The translations under genes were made by a program, and so were the position numbers. DNA of 64,000 nt from Rubripirellula sp. (lineage in GTDB: Bacteria; Planctomycetota; Planctomycetia; Pirellulales; Pirellulaceae). The notes below the pieces were generated by a model that made no database searches, was not told the origin of the DNA, and saw only the letters and a program-made list of their open reading frames with translations. Below are positions 48,764 to 57,548 of the stretch, piece by piece (positions within the stretch are counted from its first letter, which is position 1; every line of letters begins with the position of its first letter). The DNA lies in the NCBI GenBank assembly GCA_965216875.1, contig OZ244207.1:4416001-4480000 (forward strand). The letters are read 5' to 3'.

Positions 48764-50395
48764 CTACGAAAGCCGATTGCTGTGGAGAGCTTGCGTGACT
48801 TCGTCGGCTGCGCGCACTCCATGATAGAACGCTTCTTCCATCAGCGCGATCCCACTCAGGTCGGTTCCGGCGAAATGGATCGGCCCGATCGGCCGAGCCG
48901 CATCTGCGCGCGTCTTGCCCGAGACAAAACCAACACGCGGCTGAATCATCGCGTGGCCCCACCGCAACACATCGATCCGAGTGACGTACTTTGAAAGATC
49001 AGGGTGGGGAACCAACAAATCGCTCAAAGCCAAATCGGCCCAGTGCTCCCACGACAGTCCCAACAATTGTTGACGCGACACCTTGGGATCCTCGGTCAAC
49101 GGGTAGTACCAAGTCAAAACCGTTGGCCCGTGATCCATCCCCAACTGATGCGTCGCCGTCACATAACCAAGTGATTTGGTGTCGTAGATGACGTTGTCCC
49201 AGGCCATTCCGAATCCCGACTCGGCCGGTCGATCGGAAAGGTGAAGGTTGGCCACCACCCAAGCGCCATACTGAAATCGTCTTGCCACGGCGACGCGGTC
49301 AGCGTCAAGGCCGTCGATCACGTAAGGAACCAGAAACTGCGGGGCAGCAAAGATCACGCGTTGGGCGCGATAACCGACGGTCGAACCTGCCGCGGGATCG
49401 ACCGCCAGAACCTCAACGGATCCGTTTGCTTGCCGAACCTTCGTCACCGCATGATTGCGTTTGATTCGATCACCACATGACTTCGATAGAAAATCAACGA
49501 TTCGTCCGTTGCCTTCCGGCCAAGTGATCACTTGTTGTGACGACGCATCACTCGATCGTCTACGCGATGCAAAATAAAAGATACCTGCCCATGCGCTGGT
49601 TTGGTCAACCGTCAATCCATAATCATCGCGACAGGCATAGTCGACAATCCATCGCAATCTTGGTGACGTAAACCCTCGGTCATTCATCCACTGCCCCATG
49701 GTCAGTTTGTCCAACTGCAGGACCTCTTCGTCGGCCGTTGCCGAAGCCGTTGGTATGGCAAAGGCGCGCCGTCCCTTTGCATCGCGCCAATCGGCCCAGC
49801 GTCCCATCTCGGTTCGAAAACGCTTTAGCTGTTCAAGTTCCTCGTCGCTCGCTCCTTGGGCGGGGTACAGGCCTTCTTGCCAGCTGCCTTCTGCGAAAAC
49901 GCGTTCTTCCGGTTCACGACAAAGGTACTGTTCGTCAACGATTGGCGAACCATCCTCGGCAACCGCGTTGACCACATCCATCTGACGAAACAATTCGATC
50001 AGCGATTCGTTCTCTCGCATGGGAACCGGAACGTAGTGCGCGCCCCAGGGATGGGCCATGCCACCGGTCGTGGCTCCCTTGGCGGTCCCACCCGCCTCGC
50101 GTTCAAGTTCCAAAACAACAAAATCGTCCCTACCCGATTGCCGCAATTGCCAGGCGGCCGACAGTCCGGCCATCCCACCACCGACAATCACCACACCGAC
50201 CTCTTTAAACGTGGCGGGTGCAGGCGACCCGAGTTTGGAATCACGCAACCGATGACCAAAACCGAACTGGGGGCTAAGCAATTCGCCTGCGGGTGGCAGC
50301 CTGCGGCGATGACAACCAGCAACCATCGCGGCTTGGGCGCCAAGCACGGCCGCGATCATGTCGCGGCGGTTCCACTTTGTCGCCTGGGAAGCCAT
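48764..50395 (-). CDS. FAD-dependent amine-oxidase-like oxidoreductase with a Tat/lipoprotein-like signal
   Basis: NRRDMI...VAGC, IVGGGMAGL, GAHY, RWGHAM and EEAFYHG. Confidence 0.88.
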   Translation of the reverse strand: MASQATKWNRRDMIAAVLGAQAAMVAGCHRRRLPPAGELLSPQFGFGHRLRDSKLGSPAPATFKEVGVVIVGGGMAGLSAAWQLRQSGRDDFVVLELEREAGGTAKGATTGGMAHPWGAHYVPVPMRENESLIELFRQMDVVNAVAEDGSPIVDEQYLCREPEERVFAEGSWQEGLYPAQGASDEELEQLKRFRTEMGRWADWRDAKGRRAFAIPTASATADEEVLQLDKLTMGQWMNDRGFTSPRLRWIVDYACRDDYGLTVDQTSAWAGIFYFASRRRSSDASSQQVITWPEGNGRIVDFLSKSCGDRIKRNHAVTKVRQANGSVEVLAVDPAAGSTVGYRAQRVIFAAPQFLVPYVIDGLDADRVAVARRFQYGAWVVANLHLSDRPAESGFGMAWDNVIYDTKSLGYVTATHQLGMDHGPTVLTWYYPLTEDPKVSRQQLLGLSWEHWADLALSDLLVPHPDLSKYVTRIDVLRWGHAMIQPRVGFVSGKTRADAARPIGPIHFAGTDLSGIALMEEAFYHGVRAADEVTQALHSNRLS

Positions 50396-50397
50396 CG

Positions 50398-51912
50398 TCA
50401 GCTCCCCCATTCCTGTTCGTAGTAGCGAACAAGCACTTGATCATTCAATCGATTCAACCCCGCATCGACCGGTTGCATGTCGACCGGCAAGTTGAACAGA
50501 TCAGCCATGACCGACGCATTGAGAAATCGCAGCGAACCGTCGATTTCCGCCAGTTGGGGAACTGCAGGTGTTCCCGCAGGGCAGGCAAGCGCAAACCCCC
50601 AAACACCAAAAGTTGGCACCGAAACGCGATAGGGTCGCACCTGAAATCCTGACGCTTCCATCGTTTGCAGAATACACCAGTACGACTTGGGCGCGACCAA
50701 CGGTGATGTGCACTGAATTGAAATGACGGCGTCGTCGCTCACGCGCTGCCGCAAGAGCGAAAAGAAACGAGTCGAATAGAGTTTCCCAATCGAGTACGTC
50801 CCTGGATCAGGAAAATCGATCACGACGCAATCGAACCTCTTGTCCCCCTCGCCGATCCATACGAACGCGTCGCGATTGAAGACCGTCACTTTCGGATCAC
50901 GCAGCGCATCGCCCGTCAGATCTCGCAGCGGTGGAAAGTTCTTCGACAAATCGGTCATCGCTGGATCAATATCGACCAACGTCACGGTCTCGACCGAAGG
51001 GTATTTCAAGACCTCGCGCACGGCCAATCCGTCGCCACCGCCAAGCACGAGCACATGTGTCGGTTGCTTCTTCGACGAGAGGGCAGGGTGAACGAGCGAT
51101 TCGTGATACCGGTACTCATCGACCGAATTGAATTGCAAGTGTCCGTTGAGGTATAGCTGAAACCCCTTCTTGTTGTTCGTGACAACAATCCGCTGAAACT
51201 TGGTCTGACGAGCGTGGACGATCTGGCTGTCGAGCTGATGTTCTTCGGCCCAAGTGGTCATTGTTTCAGCTTTGATCAATCCGACGATCAACAGCCCAAT
51301 TACTAAACAAGCCCGGCCGCGCAAGCCAGGCAGCCCACGTTCGGCGAGAATCGGTCGCAGCAGGTATGTCCCCCAAAGCCCCACCAGCGCATTGAGCATC
51401 CCGAAGACAAGCGACGTGCGCACGAGCCCCAGGTAGGGAACAAGCAATATCGGAAACAGTAGCGATGCCACCAAAGCGCCAATGTAGTCAAAGGTGAGCA
51501 CGCGTGAGACAAGATCGTTGAAGTCGAGGTGTTCCTTCAAGATCCGCATCAACAGCGGCAACTCCAATCCAACCAGAACGCCGATCAAAAACACCAAGCC
51601 GAAAAGCGCGATCCGAAACCAATCGATCCACGCAAAGGCAAAAAACAACATCGGTGCCGACGCACCACCGATGAGCGCAAGGGCAAGTTCCACCTCGATA
51701 AAGACGCGCCCGACCTTTTCGTCAACGTACTGACTGAGCCAGGCCCCAACGCCGAGTGCCGAGAGATAGACTCCGATGACCAACGAAAACTGCGTGACCG
51801 AATCACCGAGCAAGTAGCTCGCCAATGTTCCCGCCAAAAGCTCGTAGATCAGACCGCAGGTCGCGATCACCAGGACATTCAGGTACAGCAGAAACAGCGG
51901 CGCTCGGTTCAT
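50398..51912 (-). CDS. speE: Membrane-bound polyamine aminopropyltransferase (spermidine synthase with an N-terminal multi-TM domain)
   Basis: N-terminal TMs; [23 protein letters not shown] and DFPDP. Confidence 0.92.
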   Translation of the reverse strand: MNRAPLFLLYLNVLVIATCGLIYELLAGTLASYLLGDSVTQFSLVIGVYLSALGVGAWLSQYVDEKVGRVFIEVELALALIGGASAPMLFFAFAWIDWFRIALFGLVFLIGVLVGLELPLLMRILKEHLDFNDLVSRVLTFDYIGALVASLLFPILLVPYLGLVRTSLVFGMLNALVGLWGTYLLRPILAERGLPGLRGRACLVIGLLIVGLIKAETMTTWAEEHQLDSQIVHARQTKFQRIVVTNNKKGFQLYLNGHLQFNSVDEYRYHESLVHPALSSKKQPTHVLVLGGGDGLAVREVLKYPSVETVTLVDIDPAMTDLSKNFPPLRDLTGDALRDPKVTVFNRDAFVWIGEGDKRFDCVVIDFPDPGTYSIGKLYSTRFFSLLRQRVSDDAVISIQCTSPLVAPKSYWCILQTMEASGFQVRPYRVSVPTFGVWGFALACPAGTPAVPQLAEIDGSLRFLNASVMADLFNLPVDMQPVDAGLNRLNDQVLVRYYEQEWGS

Positions 51913-51920
51913 CGAGTTTT

Positions 51921-52187
51921 CTAGCCCAACACCGCTGCTGCAATGATGATCGCCATCCCCAGAACGATCGCACCGACGATGATTGCCAACGATACGTTGT
52001 GTTCTTCAACCACTTCATGCGTGATCGAGAACTTCGTCAGCTTCTCCATCATGAACAAAGACAAGAAAAAGAAGATGATCCCAATCAACGAAAAAACAAC
52101 CGCCGCAACCAAGTGCTGAAGCAGCAAGTCCCAGTGACTCGCCGAAGGCTGTGCTAGCAGGCCCATTGGAATGATGATGTTGTGCAT
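51921..52187 (-). CDS. DUF350 membrane protein
   Basis: Two TMs, EKLT..SI..EV....NVSLAI. Confidence 0.85.
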   Translation of the reverse strand: MHNIIIPMGLLAQPSASHWDLLLQHLVAAVVFSLIGIIFFFLSLFMMEKLTKFSITHEVVEEHNVSLAIIVGAIVLGMAIIIAAAVLG

Positions 52188-52192
52188 GGTTC

Positions 52193-52357
52193 CTATTTCC
52201 CTCCTCCCCATGACCCGCCGTACGATCGGCCGGACGAAAAGTGAATGTTCGATTTTGGTAATTTCCAACCGCCAACGGCCGCTGCCGTAAGGAAGCCACA
52301 GGTTGCGAGGCCAAACACAAGGTAAAGCACGAAGATGATGGTCTGTAGTCGGGACAT
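52193..52357 (-). CDS. 54-aa membrane-anchored peptide with a Gly/Ser/aromatic tail ending GGGK
   Basis: ATG at 52357, 16 nt after the upstream stop and 5 nt before the next start; one TM helix. Confidence 0.7.
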   Translation of the reverse strand: MSRLQTIIFVLYLVFGLATCGFLTAAAVGGWKLPKSNIHFSSGRSYGGSWGGGK

Positions 52358-52373
52358 CAAATCACTCGCCGGC

Positions 52374-53906
52374 TCATTCGGTTGCGTAAGGACTGTAGTC
52401 GCTGTCTTGCCAACGCTTCTTTTCGAAGCTGTGGTTGTACACCATGATCCCGATTGGGAAAGCGGAAACAACGATCATGCAAATGAACCACAGTCCACCA
52501 TCAGCACCACCGATGACCTTGATTAGCATCAGCAAGAATAGGAATGCGGGCCACATCAAGAAAGGCATGCAACCACAATTGGGACGCGGCTGAATCACGC
52601 CGACACCCCAAGGTTTCGAAACCAATTCCAACCCAAAGGCTTTTTCGATCTCTTCGGCTTCGACGTAGGTTCCCAGCGAAACGGTCACCTCTTCCGAGTT
52701 GCTCGATTCGCCGTATTCATACGAAATCATCTCGGGCGGTGCGATGTAGTCCGCCGTGCGTACTTGTTCGCCCACAAAGACTTGCCAATAAAACTCGCCG
52801 AGCACGGCGCGCACGTAGGCAGTGCCACGGTCATAAACCTTGAAGCGTTTTCCTTTGTAGGTCGCCTGGCTGTTCGTTTGACTCACTTCATGGACAGGAA
52901 CGGGTTCGACAAAGGACCAATGCCGATCGTTGCGAACCAGCCAGCGGAATCCGACATCGGGGTTGTACAACAGGTACTCGCTCCAGGGGAACGTTTGCCC
53001 CGCATACAACGCATAGCGCCAAAGGAATCCGATCACCGTGTATTTGACACCGTTGAGTTCGCCTTCGGTTCCAATCGGGATCACAATCGGCAAACGCTCG
53101 GCATGTTTGATCGTCATCAGGTAGGACAACTTTCCTTCGGAAGCGTCCAACATGCCGTTACAACTTTGACAAACGACGCGTTCAGCTTTGTCCGGCGCGT
53201 GCAGCGTTAGCGGCCCACCACAGTTGGGACAATTCAATTGCAACGCTGCAACGGGAACATGCTCTTGGTCGACCATGGAATGGTCTTCATCAAGATTCAA
53301 GTCGTCGATCGAGACTTCTTTGCCAACAAAGGCTTTGGGTTGATCGCCATACTCGAAGGTGGCAAACGTTCCGTCGGGACCGGACAGGTCAACATACCGA
53401 TGTTCGCCGCCGGGGCGAAACGCCCAGGGAATATCACCTTCGGCCGATCGGTTCTTGGCAACGCCTTTTTCGGCAACCGTGAATTCGCTCTTTCCAAGTT
53501 TGACGGTGCGGCCAACGACAAGATCATCGAACGCCGGCAACTGAGTCGTACCGGACAACTTCCGTTCGAACATCAGGTAGCGTTTGCCTTGCGCTTCGGC
53601 CAACCATCCCCACTTGTCACCCGGAAACGCCAAGTACCACTCATCCCAAACGCCACCGGCGGGATGACCGTACTGAACACGTCCCACCACGTCGTAACGT
53701 TTGTGTTTGAACTTGCCGCTCATACCGCGACGCAGCGGTGAATTGGTCAGGACAAGATCAGCGACTTTGCCGTGGTCTTCAACCTTTCGATCAGCGCGTG
53801 CCACAACCGAATCACAAAACTCACAAACCGTCACCAACGACGAGCTGACTTTGAATTCGACGGGCCCGCCGCAAGCGGGACAAGCAGCGCTGCGATGCTT
53901 CATCAT
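52374..53906 (-). CDS. DUF4178 domain protein (two zinc-ribbon + DUF4178 modules, C-terminal TMs)
   Basis: CPACG...CEFC, W.EWYL....WGWL.E, CPNCG...CQSC and WSEYLLY; ATGA overlap with speD. Confidence 0.85.
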   Translation of the reverse strand: MMKHRSAACPACGGPVEFKVSSSLVTVCEFCDSVVARADRKVEDHGKVADLVLTNSPLRRGMSGKFKHKRYDVVGRVQYGHPAGGVWDEWYLAFPGDKWGWLAEAQGKRYLMFERKLSGTTQLPAFDDLVVGRTVKLGKSEFTVAEKGVAKNRSAEGDIPWAFRPGGEHRYVDLSGPDGTFATFEYGDQPKAFVGKEVSIDDLNLDEDHSMVDQEHVPVAALQLNCPNCGGPLTLHAPDKAERVVCQSCNGMLDASEGKLSYLMTIKHAERLPIVIPIGTEGELNGVKYTVIGFLWRYALYAGQTFPWSEYLLYNPDVGFRWLVRNDRHWSFVEPVPVHEVSQTNSQATYKGKRFKVYDRGTAYVRAVLGEFYWQVFVGEQVRTADYIAPPEMISYEYGESSNSEEVTVSLGTYVEAEEIEKAFGLELVSKPWGVGVIQPRPNCGCMPFLMWPAFLFLLMLIKVIGGADGGLWFICMIVVSAFPIGIMVYNHSFEKKRWQDSDYSPYATE

Positions 53907-54370
53907 GCGTCCCGATACGTCCCTTGGGATTTGCACTCGGCCGCATCGGCGTCACTCTGAACACCGCGAGCGATCGTTCTGACCTGGACTGAATCGGCGT
54001 TCAAACGTTTTTGCAGCTCTTCCTGCCAAGCCCAGGAATCCCGCTCACGACAACAGTAGAGGTTGAACGTCGCAAGCTCGTATTCGGGATAGGTGTGACA
54101 GGTCAGGTGCGACTCGCTAAGCAAGTACATCGCCGTCACGCCACCGGGACCAGGAAACTTGTGGCTATGCGGGTCGCCGACCACGTGCAAGCCGAGCTCG
54201 TCAACCACATCGTCACAAACCGAAAGTATGACGCGAAGATCGCGCAGACGACTCGGATCGCATCCGAAGGCATCGACCACCCATTCGATTCCCGTCTGGG
54301 TTGGTCGTGCCGGATGCTCTGCGGTTGGTTCGGCCGAAACCGTCTCGGTTGTGCTTCCTGACAACGTCAT
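53903..54370 (-). CDS. speD: S-adenosylmethionine decarboxylase proenzyme
   Basis: GVT..YLLSESHLTCHTYPE pyruvoyl self-cleavage motif. Confidence 0.92.
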   Translation of the reverse strand: MTLSGSTTETVSAEPTAEHPARPTQTGIEWVVDAFGCDPSRLRDLRVILSVCDDVVDELGLHVVGDPHSHKFPGPGGVTAMYLLSESHLTCHTYPEYELATFNLYCCRERDSWAWQEELQKRLNADSVQVRTIARGVQSDADAAECKSQGTYRDA

Positions 54371-54373
54371 GCC

Positions 54374-55504
54374 TTAAGGGGCAGGTGGAGGCGGCGGCGG
54401 AGTCGCTGCGCTAAACATTGGCGCGAGCTGCGGTACTTGCGATGCAGGTGCCCAAGCCTGCATGCCCGCCGTCCAAACCATCGAGTCGCCTTGAATTTGA
54501 CCGCTGCTGATTCCGGCCGCAACCTGTTCAGTCGTGTAGGGCCCTTGCGACTGGCCACCAACGGCAACGTGCCAAGTTTGCGCTGCGGGAAGCGGCGGAG
54601 GAGCGGGGGCGCCAGGTGCCGGAGCGCCCGTTGCCGCAGCCGGTCCGCCCATTCCGGGCATCATCCGACTGGCCATCGCCAAGCCCATGCCGAGTCCCAT
54701 TCCCTCGGCAGCGCCACCACCCGAAGGATTGTCGGCAGCCATCGTCATCGCTTGGCCCATTTGGTACTGCTGGTACTTGTTCATGTCCCCGAGCACTCCC
54801 ATGCTCGTTCGCGTGTCGAGTGCCTTTTCGACCGCTTCGGGCAAGGAAACATTGACGATGAACAACTGCGGGCAATCGAGACCGTATTCGTCATCGATTT
54901 TTTCAACCACGTTCTTGCGAAGCGTCTCGGACATCTCGCTGTAGTTGGCCGCCAGATCGAGCGCAGGGATCTTGGATTGACCCACCATGTCGGCAAACGA
55001 GGATGCGATGATCGAACGCAAGAGTTCGTTGATTTCATCGGAGCCAAATTCGCCATCCGTTCCGACGATCTCTTTCAGCAGCGCCGTGGGATCGACCGCC
55101 TTGAGCGCATAGGTTCCGAAGGCTCGAATTCGGATCGGACCAAACTCGGGATCGCGCAACATGATCGGGTTGGGCGTTCCCCATTTCATGTCAGTAATCT
55201 GCGTCGTGTTGACGAAGTAGACTTCCGACTTGAAGGGGCTTTCGAACCCGTATTTCCACCCCATGATCGTCGACAGGACGGGCATGTTTTGAGTGGTCAG
55301 TTCGTAGTGTCCGGGCTGATACACGTCAGCGATCTCGCCCTGAGCCACGAGCACGGCGACCTGGCCGGGGCGCACAATCAATTGAGCGCCATTCTTGATT
55401 TCGTTTTGATGGCGAGGAAATCGCCAAACCATCGTGTGGTGCGAATCGTCGATCCACTCGATGATGTCGATTAGTTCGTTGCGAAGTACGTCGAACAGTC
55501 CCAT
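54374..55504 (-). CDS. SPFH/band-7-like protein with a C-terminal GYF_2 (DUF4339) domain
   Basis: IDIIEW, KWGTPNPI and RAFGTY; W....GQSQGPY...VW..GM..W. Confidence 0.9.
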   Translation of the reverse strand: MGLFDVLRNELIDIIEWIDDSHHTMVWRFPRHQNEIKNGAQLIVRPGQVAVLVAQGEIADVYQPGHYELTTQNMPVLSTIMGWKYGFESPFKSEVYFVNTTQITDMKWGTPNPIMLRDPEFGPIRIRAFGTYALKAVDPTALLKEIVGTDGEFGSDEINELLRSIIASSFADMVGQSKIPALDLAANYSEMSETLRKNVVEKIDDEYGLDCPQLFIVNVSLPEAVEKALDTRTSMGVLGDMNKYQQYQMGQAMTMAADNPSGGGAAEGMGLGMGLAMASRMMPGMGGPAAATGAPAPGAPAPPPLPAAQTWHVAVGGQSQGPYTTEQVAAGISSGQIQGDSMVWTAGMQAWAPASQVPQLAPMFSAATPPPPPPAP

Positions 55505-55680
55505 CGTCGTTCCCGAGTTGAGTAAAAAAATTGTGGCACGTTGGCCAAACAGACAGGCTCATGCCCGTCTCAATGGGGGCGCGAGGTCTTCAGAGAAGTT
55601 GAAGATCAGCGTCAATGATAACGGCCCCACCGATCGGTGGGCAACTAAGGTGGGGCTTCGGCGGTTTCGCTCTCGCGGAC

Positions 55681-55788
55681 CACCTTCTGGCGAAGGTAGC
55701 TACAGAATGTGAGCCGAACGCGCGTACGTCGGGCCTTAACACTCCATCACACGTCATCCGACCGCCCGTCATGCGGAGCATGACCTAC
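55681..55788. repeat. Mosaic of REP families R3, R2 and R4
   Basis: Copies at 55681-55703, 55709-55735 and 55768-55788. Confidence 0.85.
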
Positions 55789-55816
55789 GAAAAGGGCGTG
55801 GAGGGCAAACGTGGGA

Positions 55817-57421
55817 CTAGCGAATCAGGCTCATGTAGAAGCTGAAGATTCGGCGGCGGTCCGTGTCCGCTTTCGTGACCGGGTAGGCGAAGTCGAACGC
55901 CAGCGGTGCCGGTCCGAGCATCGGAATGGCAACACGCAGACCAAGACCCGGAGCCACGCGGAAGTCGTTGATCGAAACATCCGGCTCCACGGTACCAAAG
56001 TCGACAAAGGCGACGCCGCGGAACGCATCATCCGCCGTGATCGGGAACATGTACTCAACCGTATTGAGCCACTGGAATTGACCACCCAGCTCGACACCTG
56101 TTGCTGGATCGACCGGTCCCGCACCTCGGAAGTCGAAACCACGAATGGTCGCGTAACCACCTGCAAAGAAGTTTTCGAAGATCGGCGTGTCGTTACCACT
56201 GAATCCAAGTTGCACCGAATAGGACAGCGTTTGCTTACCCGATTCGTCGGCGCGTTCGGTGATCAACCAGTACTTGCGGTACTCGAGTTCGAAGCGTGCA
56301 TAGTCAAAGCGACCAAACATCTCTTCAAACTTGAATTGGAAGTAGTGACCGCGGCTGGCCTGAATGGGACTGTTTCGCGTGTCATGAATCAGCGAAATCT
56401 CGCCACCATAAAGCTCGTTGTTTCGATTCGCGACCGCGTCGAGTTCCGGTACCGAAGCGCGAGGTCGAGTGATTCGGACATTCTGGCCACTGATGCCGAA
56501 CGAAATCGACAAGTCGGGAGAGATCCGGTAGCCAAACGCGAGTCGGCCACCCAGACGCTCTTCGTCCCAGTCATCGAATCGTCGGTCATACAAGAACCCA
56601 CTCACCGACATACTGACCGGCTTGTATCCCAAGATGTTTGGATCGGCAAACTGCAGTGTGTACCGTTTGAAGTCGGTACCGGGTGCAGCTTCGACGCGCA
56701 ACGTTTGACCGGCACCACGGAACGCATTGCCGCCGAACAGGTCGCGGAACGAACGGGGCCAACGCAGGATGTCGAAGTTTCGTTCGTCAATCGTCAATTG
56801 ACCAGTCAGACCCGCGTCACTGTTAACAGCACCGCCGAGCATGATGCGGCCGGTACGAGCCGGGAATCCATTGATCACCAAGTCGGCTTCGCGAACGCGC
56901 GGGCCCTGGTAGGAGCGATAACGAGGACCGCCAATGCTTGGCATCGGCGAAAACACGCCGCCCTGGGCGACGGTTGCTGCTGGTTGTCCGGCTGCGTTTG
57001 GTGTTACCGTGCCAGGTGGAGGCGAGGTGACGCCAACGGTATTTGGAACTTGTCGAACAACGTGCTGCTGGCCCGCTGCTTGTGGACCGACGGCGGAGAC
57101 CTGCGCAACATCAGCGGTCGATGGAGCGGGCGCGCCAGGCAAGACAAAACCTTGTTCGGCTGGCGCGGCGGTCAACATCGTGCCATTGTCCGACGATGGT
57201 GTGGGTACCGCGTTGGTTTCTGTTCCAACAGCCTGCGCAATCGTTGGCGACTGTGTTGTTGACGCTTGGGCCGTAGCCGTCGTTTGAGGTGTTGGCGTTG
57301 CACCCAAGGTGGAGGGTGAGGCACCTCGAAACTGGGCACAGCCGGTCGTCAACATCATCGCACCGGGCAATGCCATCAGGCACATCACGCGGGCAGTCGA
57401 GTTTCGAATCAAATCGATCAT
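55817..57421 (-). CDS. Omp85/BamA-family beta-barrel protein lacking POTRA domains, with its own lipoprotein-like signal
   Basis: LTTGC lipobox, ERNFDI, GAGQ, IRGFDFR (VRGF-type motif) and G.GLR....GP...D. Confidence 0.88.
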   Translation of the reverse strand: MIDLIRNSTARVMCLMALPGAMMLTTGCAQFRGASPSTLGATPTPQTTATAQASTTQSPTIAQAVGTETNAVPTPSSDNGTMLTAAPAEQGFVLPGAPAPSTADVAQVSAVGPQAAGQQHVVRQVPNTVGVTSPPPGTVTPNAAGQPAATVAQGGVFSPMPSIGGPRYRSYQGPRVREADLVINGFPARTGRIMLGGAVNSDAGLTGQLTIDERNFDILRWPRSFRDLFGGNAFRGAGQTLRVEAAPGTDFKRYTLQFADPNILGYKPVSMSVSGFLYDRRFDDWDEERLGGRLAFGYRISPDLSISFGISGQNVRITRPRASVPELDAVANRNNELYGGEISLIHDTRNSPIQASRGHYFQFKFEEMFGRFDYARFELEYRKYWLITERADESGKQTLSYSVQLGFSGNDTPIFENFFAGGYATIRGFDFRGAGPVDPATGVELGGQFQWLNTVEYMFPITADDAFRGVAFVDFGTVEPDVSINDFRVAPGLGLRVAIPMLGPAPLAFDFAYPVTKADTDRRRIFSFYMSLIR

Positions 57422-57548
57422 TCGGTTCGGACGCTCAGCAATATCGAATGGTAAATTGGTCAGGGTTGGTCGTCAGTCGTTGTTTTGGTTGTGGCTGGCC
57501 CAACAGTGCTGGGGATCCCACAGTCGTCGCGTATCACAAGCACAGCAA

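Noticed and set aside
55811..57262. 483-aa plus-strand ORF (and similar long antisense ORFs at 11630-12874, 24840-26123, 34457-35572 and 54437-55474)
   Set aside because: Shadow frames opposite well-supported genes in GC-rich DNA, with no recognisable motifs.
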